NCBI GenBank assembly: GCA_965219455.1
Contig: OZ244744.1
Coordinates: 5,248,001-5,312,000 of the forward strand
DNA from: Candidatus Latescibacterota bacterium
GTDB lineage: Bacteria; Latescibacterota; UBA2968; GCA-2709665
Direction: 5' to 3'
DNA length: 64,000 bases
The notes under the pieces were generated by a model. It was not told the DNA's origin and made no database searches. It was given only the letters and a program-made list of their open reading frames with translations. Positions 59,822-64,000 of the stretch are shown piece by piece (the first letter of the stretch is position 1; each line of letters begins with the position of its first letter). The position numbers were made by a program, and so were the translations under genes.

Positions 59822-60811
59822 ATGGCAGAATTCGATGCGATCTCCAAACACCTGATTCAATCCTATCCCGACGACTTTGCCGGCTTCGCCCTCGGCCGCG
59901 AGGACGTTGAGGTCCTTGAAGTCATTGACACCGAACAGCCCACGGTCTCAGCACGCCACGCGGACAGTCTCATTCGAGTCCGCATCGATGGCCGGGAAGC
60001 ATTGGTCCACAACGAATTTCAGACGACCGACAGCACCAACCCGCCCATGCCGCGACGCATGGCGGGTTATATCGGGCGCGCCATTGAACGTCATGGCGTG
60101 TCTGTCTACTCCAGCGTCATCTACCTGCGCCCGGACGCGGGCCAACGAGACCCGGGACAGTATTTGCAGGCGCATCCAGGTCACCGGGTGCTTGTGCAGT
60201 ACAGGGTGATTCGGCTGAGTGAACTGGATGGTCAGGGCATTCTCGATGCGGGACACGAGGGGCTGATCGCCTTTGCGCCGTTGATGAAGCCGCCCGCCGG
60301 GATGGCTTCACAGGCCTGGTTGCGCCACTGTATCCACACGGCTCACGCGCGGCCAATGGCTGCGTCGAAAAAAGCCGATTACCTGGCCGGCATGTCTCTG
60401 CTAAGTGGGTTGGCGTACGCGCCGGAGACCATTTCTGACATTGTCTCAAAGGAGGGTATTATGGACCTCATACGTGAATCATCCTTTGCCCAATACCTCA
60501 CCCGACAGGGCATCGAGCAAGGGATTGAGCAGGGCATCGAACAGGGCATTGAGCAGGGCATCGAACAGGGCATTGAGCGAGGCATTGAGCAGGGGATCAA
60601 GCAGGGCATCGAGCAAGGCATTGAGCAGGGGCTCCGGGATAGCATCCTGGCTGTTTTGGCAATTCGATTCGATCTCCCCGCGTCGCATCCTCTGGCCGCT
60701 TGCATTGCGACGATCGACGACGTCCAGCGCCTCAAGCAGTTGCACCGCGCGGCGGTCCAGGTGTCCAGTCTCGACGCATTCGGTCAACGGTTGGATGAAG
60801 AACAGAATTGA
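59822..60811 (+). CDS. Rpn-like PD-(D/E)XK-fold protein with QGIE repeats
   Basis: FDAISK, RHADSL...VHNEFQT, MPRRMAGY, VIYL, YRVIRL; C-terminal IRESSF-QGIE repeats-LAIRF tail. Confidence 0.8.
   Translation: MAEFDAISKHLIQSYPDDFAGFALGREDVEVLEVIDTEQPTVSARHADSLIRVRIDGREALVHNEFQTTDSTNPPMPRRMAGYIGRAIERHGVSVYSSVIYLRPDAGQRDPGQYLQAHPGHRVLVQYRVIRLSELDGQGILDAGHEGLIAFAPLMKPPAGMASQAWLRHCIHTAHARPMAASKKADYLAGMSLLSGLAYAPETISDIVSKEGIMDLIRESSFAQYLTRQGIEQGIEQGIEQGIEQGIEQGIERGIEQGIKQGIEQGIEQGLRDSILAVLAIRFDLPASHPLAACIATIDDVQRLKQLHRAAVQVSSLDAFGQRLDEEQN
60461..60811 (+). CDS. putative nested in-frame small protein (Rpn-S-like), 116 aa
   Basis: Strong internal SD AAGGAGG, then GTATT and an in-frame ATG (MDLIRESSFAQY...). 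Confidence 0.55.
   Translation: MDLIRESSFAQYLTRQGIEQGIEQGIEQGIEQGIEQGIERGIEQGIKQGIEQGIEQGLRDSILAVLAIRFDLPASHPLAACIATIDDVQRLKQLHRAAVQVSSLDAFGQRLDEEQN
60506..60631 (+). repeat. 12-bp coding tandem repeat, about 10.5 units (QGIE)
   Basis: CARGGSATYGAR units with synonymous variation, one RGIE and one QGIK variant. Confidence 0.95.
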
Positions 60812-60845
60812 AGTCCATTGTCTGAATACCCTTCGCAGGAATGAG

Positions 60846-60886
60846 AAAACAGGACAACGCACCCTGGAGGTGTGTTGTCCTGTTTT
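60846..60886 (+). terminator. intrinsic terminator after the Rpn-like gene
   Basis: AAAACAGGACAACGCACC-loop-GGTGTGTTGTCCTGTTTT; the G-U pair favours the + strand. Confidence 0.75.
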
Positions 60887-61361
60887 GAGTTTGATATCGG
60901 AGGGTTTTCAGGATCTGAGTGTTTCGATCCGGATTTGCCGTAACCCGTCGATCGACCTATCCGTCTTGCAGGTGTACGAGGCAATTTCTCTGAAAAAACT
61001 CAACGTCTTTTCCTGTTGATGCCTTTCGCGTATCTTGTCAATGACCTGCGAGAAGAATCCGGTGTGGGGAGCTGGACGTACTGTGCGGCAGGGCCTGGCC
61101 AAATTACAGACGCTCGGCCATCATCCGACGCGAGCAGGAGATGCTTCGTCAGCCTGACGGCTTCCTCAGCATGAAAGTCCGGACGTACGATGAACGAGCC
61201 GTCTCTTCCTGTCGCGATGACTTCCCCCAGGTCTTATACCAAAATCACATCAACTACAGTCTTTTCATGGGGTTAAATCACAGTCCATCCCGATAATCAT
61301 AGTCAATCACAGTCCGATACGTGAATAGAACTCTTCCACGCTGGATGGTCGGTTCCCACCG

Positions 61362-61457
61362 TCCTTTCACGATTGAATGAATAAAGCCTGGTTCGTGGTT
61401 GCATATCAGGCTTTTTCGACTCGTTAACCCATCGACGACGGCCGCATCGTTCAGTCC
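61362..61457 (+). repeat. ~96-bp direct repeat, copy 2
   Basis: Near-identical to 59468-59564. Confidence 0.85.
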
Positions 61458-61720
61458 ACGGTTCTGGCGGCGACAACCGAGATCAGCGCGGTATTGTATT
61501 CATCGTCGAGAACCGAACTTCCCACAATCACTATCACCCAGTATTGATATTGCGGAATATTCCCCAGACCGGATTGTAAATGGCGATTTGTCGCTCTCTT
61601 TCTTGTTGTTCCTTTAATCGTCGAACGAAGCTCTTTCTTGCCTGCCTCGCAGTGACCGTCCGTAGGTCAGCCACGATTGGTTCTTTTCGATCATTATTCA
61701 TGAGTACCCGTAGATCGAAG

Positions 61721-62915
61721 TTAAAGCTCTGACCGGGCGTTCTGGATCGCTTTTAGTTCAGCGTCGGAGATGCTCCAGACTTCGGCCGCTGCTTTGTCAA
61801 CCTGAGCCTCCAACGCCGTGAGCTGAGACTTATTTTTTGCTCCAACATGGCATTGGCGCGAGAGATTGGCTAGACGCTCGTGGACACTGTCGGTCGTTTT
61901 GTACCGAGGAACGGCTATGTTCTTCATAATATGAGGAGATGGATGTAGAACAATATAGGCTGCAACGGCCACAAAGGCAGGTGACGAATTGAGCATACCG
62001 GCGATGAAATATGCCTCTCTCTCGGAACCACAAGAAACAGCCACGACAGAATGACTCGGCAACGAAGGCTTCACCTTCTCGATCCTTGAGGGTCCGACCA
62101 CACTGGCACGGACAGAGTGCCCCACCTCCGGCCATAAAACCTTCCAATTCGCCATCGTGTAAGGCCCAACACCAAACATCGTATAAAAAGGTGCGCCCTT
62201 ATCAATCGGACCTCGCACGGCGTGTGTCGCACGACCACGTAATGTTCCCCGCGCAGGTCTTTGGGTATTGCCCTCAAACTGCTTCAGGTATCCGTACGTC
62301 TTAGGCCACCGTAATTTCATCACGGCTTCAGGAATACCCTTTCTTGTTTCTGGATCTTGGGCTAAGATAATGTACGCTGAAGGTTCGGCGGACCAGCGTT
62401 GAACATTGCGGCCTCGCAGCATCGGATACACTAAGTCTGGCTCGATAACGGCTTGTACGTGATTGACTTTTATCTTTCCGACGTCGTGCATATTCTCAAT
62501 CAGCAGTTCTCCATTCGGCCGTTTTTTTAGGATTCGAATCCAGTAGCATCCGTTCAGGCCACCTGTGTTTACGCCTTCGTAGGCCCTGTAATCGCTTTCT
62601 CCGATCACTTTCCGAATGCCGGGAAGTGCCTGCTTTGGTGCAGTAAGCCAAGGGGAAGAGTCTTTGGAAGCGACAACCGGAAGGGCTTCCATTTTGCATT
62701 GAGCAGTATCGGTTCGGACATTCGTTAGAGACTCGTCTTGGGCAATCCGAGAAGGTCCCATCCAAGTTGTGTACTTCACCGGATATTTGAACGGCAAGAT
62801 CGTCTTCACACACACAAAGACTGCGGTTCGGTTCGTTGCGCCTTCAAAAACCTGCATAGCACTTAGGTCGTGAACCATGAGAGGTTTGAGATACCATTGG
62901 TGAGTCTCATCTAGA
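61721..62915 (-). pseudogene. 3' part of a type IIG / Eco57I-like restriction-modification gene (MTase end + target recognition domain), interrupted by an IS
   Basis: HDLSAMQVFEGATNRTAV, YEGVNTGG, VYPMLRGR, PKTYGYLKQF, VGPYT, KVLW, AGMLNS; the frame stays open upstream (LDETHQWYLKPL) only up to the IS end; visibly lower GC. Confidence 0.75.
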
Positions 62916-64000
62916 CCTTAAACAAGCGTGACCAGTGAAATTTTTCTGGTCCAAGAGACCGGAAAGGCCTACCGTTGTTGGAGATAGATGGATTGTGCTA
63001 GAAATCATCACTCCAACGCAGGAGACCTTTCCGGTGAAAAGAATATCGGTTGATGACAGCCGCAGGAATCGTGCTCGTCGCAAACGCAAAGTGGCCGCCC
63101 GCCACGGTCGAGCGGGGCATTGGCAGGCCCAGCGCCGGCCCATGTTCAGTCCTGGCAAAGTGCACTACGAGGTAGGCGCCTACACCGACGCGATGAGTTA
63201 CGGAGGCATCGGCGCCGTGCATCGCCTGGTCACCAAGCTGGGTCTGCCCAAGCGCATCGACGCGTCACTGTCCTTGTTGAAGGTGCATCTGCCCTATCAT
63301 GAGTCGGACCACGTACTAAACATCACATACAACGTGTTATGCGGCGGCACGCGCTTGGAGGATATCGAGCGTTTGCGAAGTGACGGGGCCTACATGAATG
63401 CCCTGGGCGCCAAGTTGATTCCCGATCCGACCACGGCGGGTGACTTTTGCCGACGCTTCTCGGAACGGGACATCGTCGAACTGATGGCGTGCATCAACGC
63501 GGTGCGATCCTCCTTGTGGGCATCGCGTGGCCGCAAATTGCTTGGTGACATCACCTATATCGATGTGGACGGCACAAACGTGCCCACGTATGGCAAGCGC
63601 AAGAGGGGTATGGACATCTCTTACCAGGGCATCTGGGGCTACCATCCGCTGGTGATCTCACTTTCCAACACGAAGGAAGTGCTCTTCCTGGTCAACCGAC
63701 CGGGGAATGTGCCCAGCCACACCGGTGCGGCACAGTGGATCGACGCGGCCATCGACCTGGTGCAGCCCCACGCCAAGCGCATCTGTGTGCGTGGCGACAC
63801 CGACTTTTTCTTGACTCGACATCTTGATCGCTGGGCCAAAAGCGTCGACTTCATCTTCGGGATGGACGCCAACGCGGCGATGCGTTCCCGTGCCGAGGCC
63901 CTCGACGAGGCACAATGGCAGCCCCTGCAACGCAAACCCCGTTATCACACCGTGACCGACCAGAAGCGGAAGCGCAATCAGCCCCACGAGAAACAGCGCA
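62916..64000 (+). mobile_element. IS1380 family insertion sequence (left part; runs off the window)
   Basis: Presumed left end CCTTAAACAAGCG at the point where the RM frame closes, followed by the transposase. Confidence 0.8.
63034..64000 (+). CDS. IS1380 family DDE transposase (partial)
   Basis: Manual translation from GTG after GGAG: HLPYHESDHVLNITYNVLCGG..LEDIE, PDPTTAGDFCRRF, IDVDGT, WGYHPL, NRPGN, VRGDTDF. Confidence 0.9.
   Translation, partial: MKRISVDDSRRNRARRKRKVAARHGRAGHWQAQRRPMFSPGKVHYEVGAYTDAMSYGGIGAVHRLVTKLGLPKRIDASLSLLKVHLPYHESDHVLNITYNVLCGGTRLEDIERLRSDGAYMNALGAKLIPDPTTAGDFCRRFSERDIVELMACINAVRSSLWASRGRKLLGDITYIDVDGTNVPTYGKRKRGMDISYQGIWGYHPLVISLSNTKEVLFLVNRPGNVPSHTGAAQWIDAAIDLVQPHAKRICVRGDTDFFLTRHLDRWAKSVDFIFGMDANAAMRSRAEALDEAQWQPLQRKPRYHTVTDQKRKRNQPHEKQR

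Noticed and set aside
60506-60631. CRISPR-like repeats
   Set aside because: Contiguous 12-bp coding units without spacers
60908-61102. Minus-strand 64-aa ORF or gene fragment
   Set aside because: No SD or recognisable motif; it may be a relic but cannot be supported
59468-61457. Integron attC sites
   Set aside because: No conserved RYYYAAC/GTTRRRY pair at attC spacing in both copies, and no intI in the window
61534-61701. 55-aa minus-strand ORF after the RM gene (MNNDRKEPIV...)
   Set aside because: Short, with no SD or recognisable family
63120-63987. Short ORFs listed over the IS
   Set aside because: Alternate-frame or antisense shadows of the IS1380 transposase

Overview
64-kb window of a GC-rich bacterial chromosome. 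The gene content (cohesin+FlgD-Ig secreted protein, CehA/McbA-type metallohydrolases, PhyH dioxygenase, amidohydrolases, QGIE-repeat Rpn-like protein) suggests a Latescibacterota-like or sponge-symbiont lineage; this is inference only. Housekeeping blocks: ccsA-sirC-hemA-hemC-cobA/hemD, anmK, galU, purN-purC-mreB-mreC, asd under a clear lysine riboswitch, and tamA-tamB. These alternate with accessory enzyme clusters. The right end is an accessory, defence-like island: an Rpn-like gene with an internal SD+ATG (gene-within-gene), bracketed by ~96-bp direct repeats, then a lower-GC type IIG-like restriction-modification gene cut by an IS1380-family element. Other notable items: an active/dead CE7 esterase pair in an uncharacterised operon, a GILT/thioredoxin-like multidomain protein next to a lipoprotein-type Pcm, a 24-bp duplication in the MreB N-terminus, a candidate sRNA, and MITE-like repeats. 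No rRNA, tRNA or CRISPR array was seen. All calls come from reading motifs by eye; no database searches were run.
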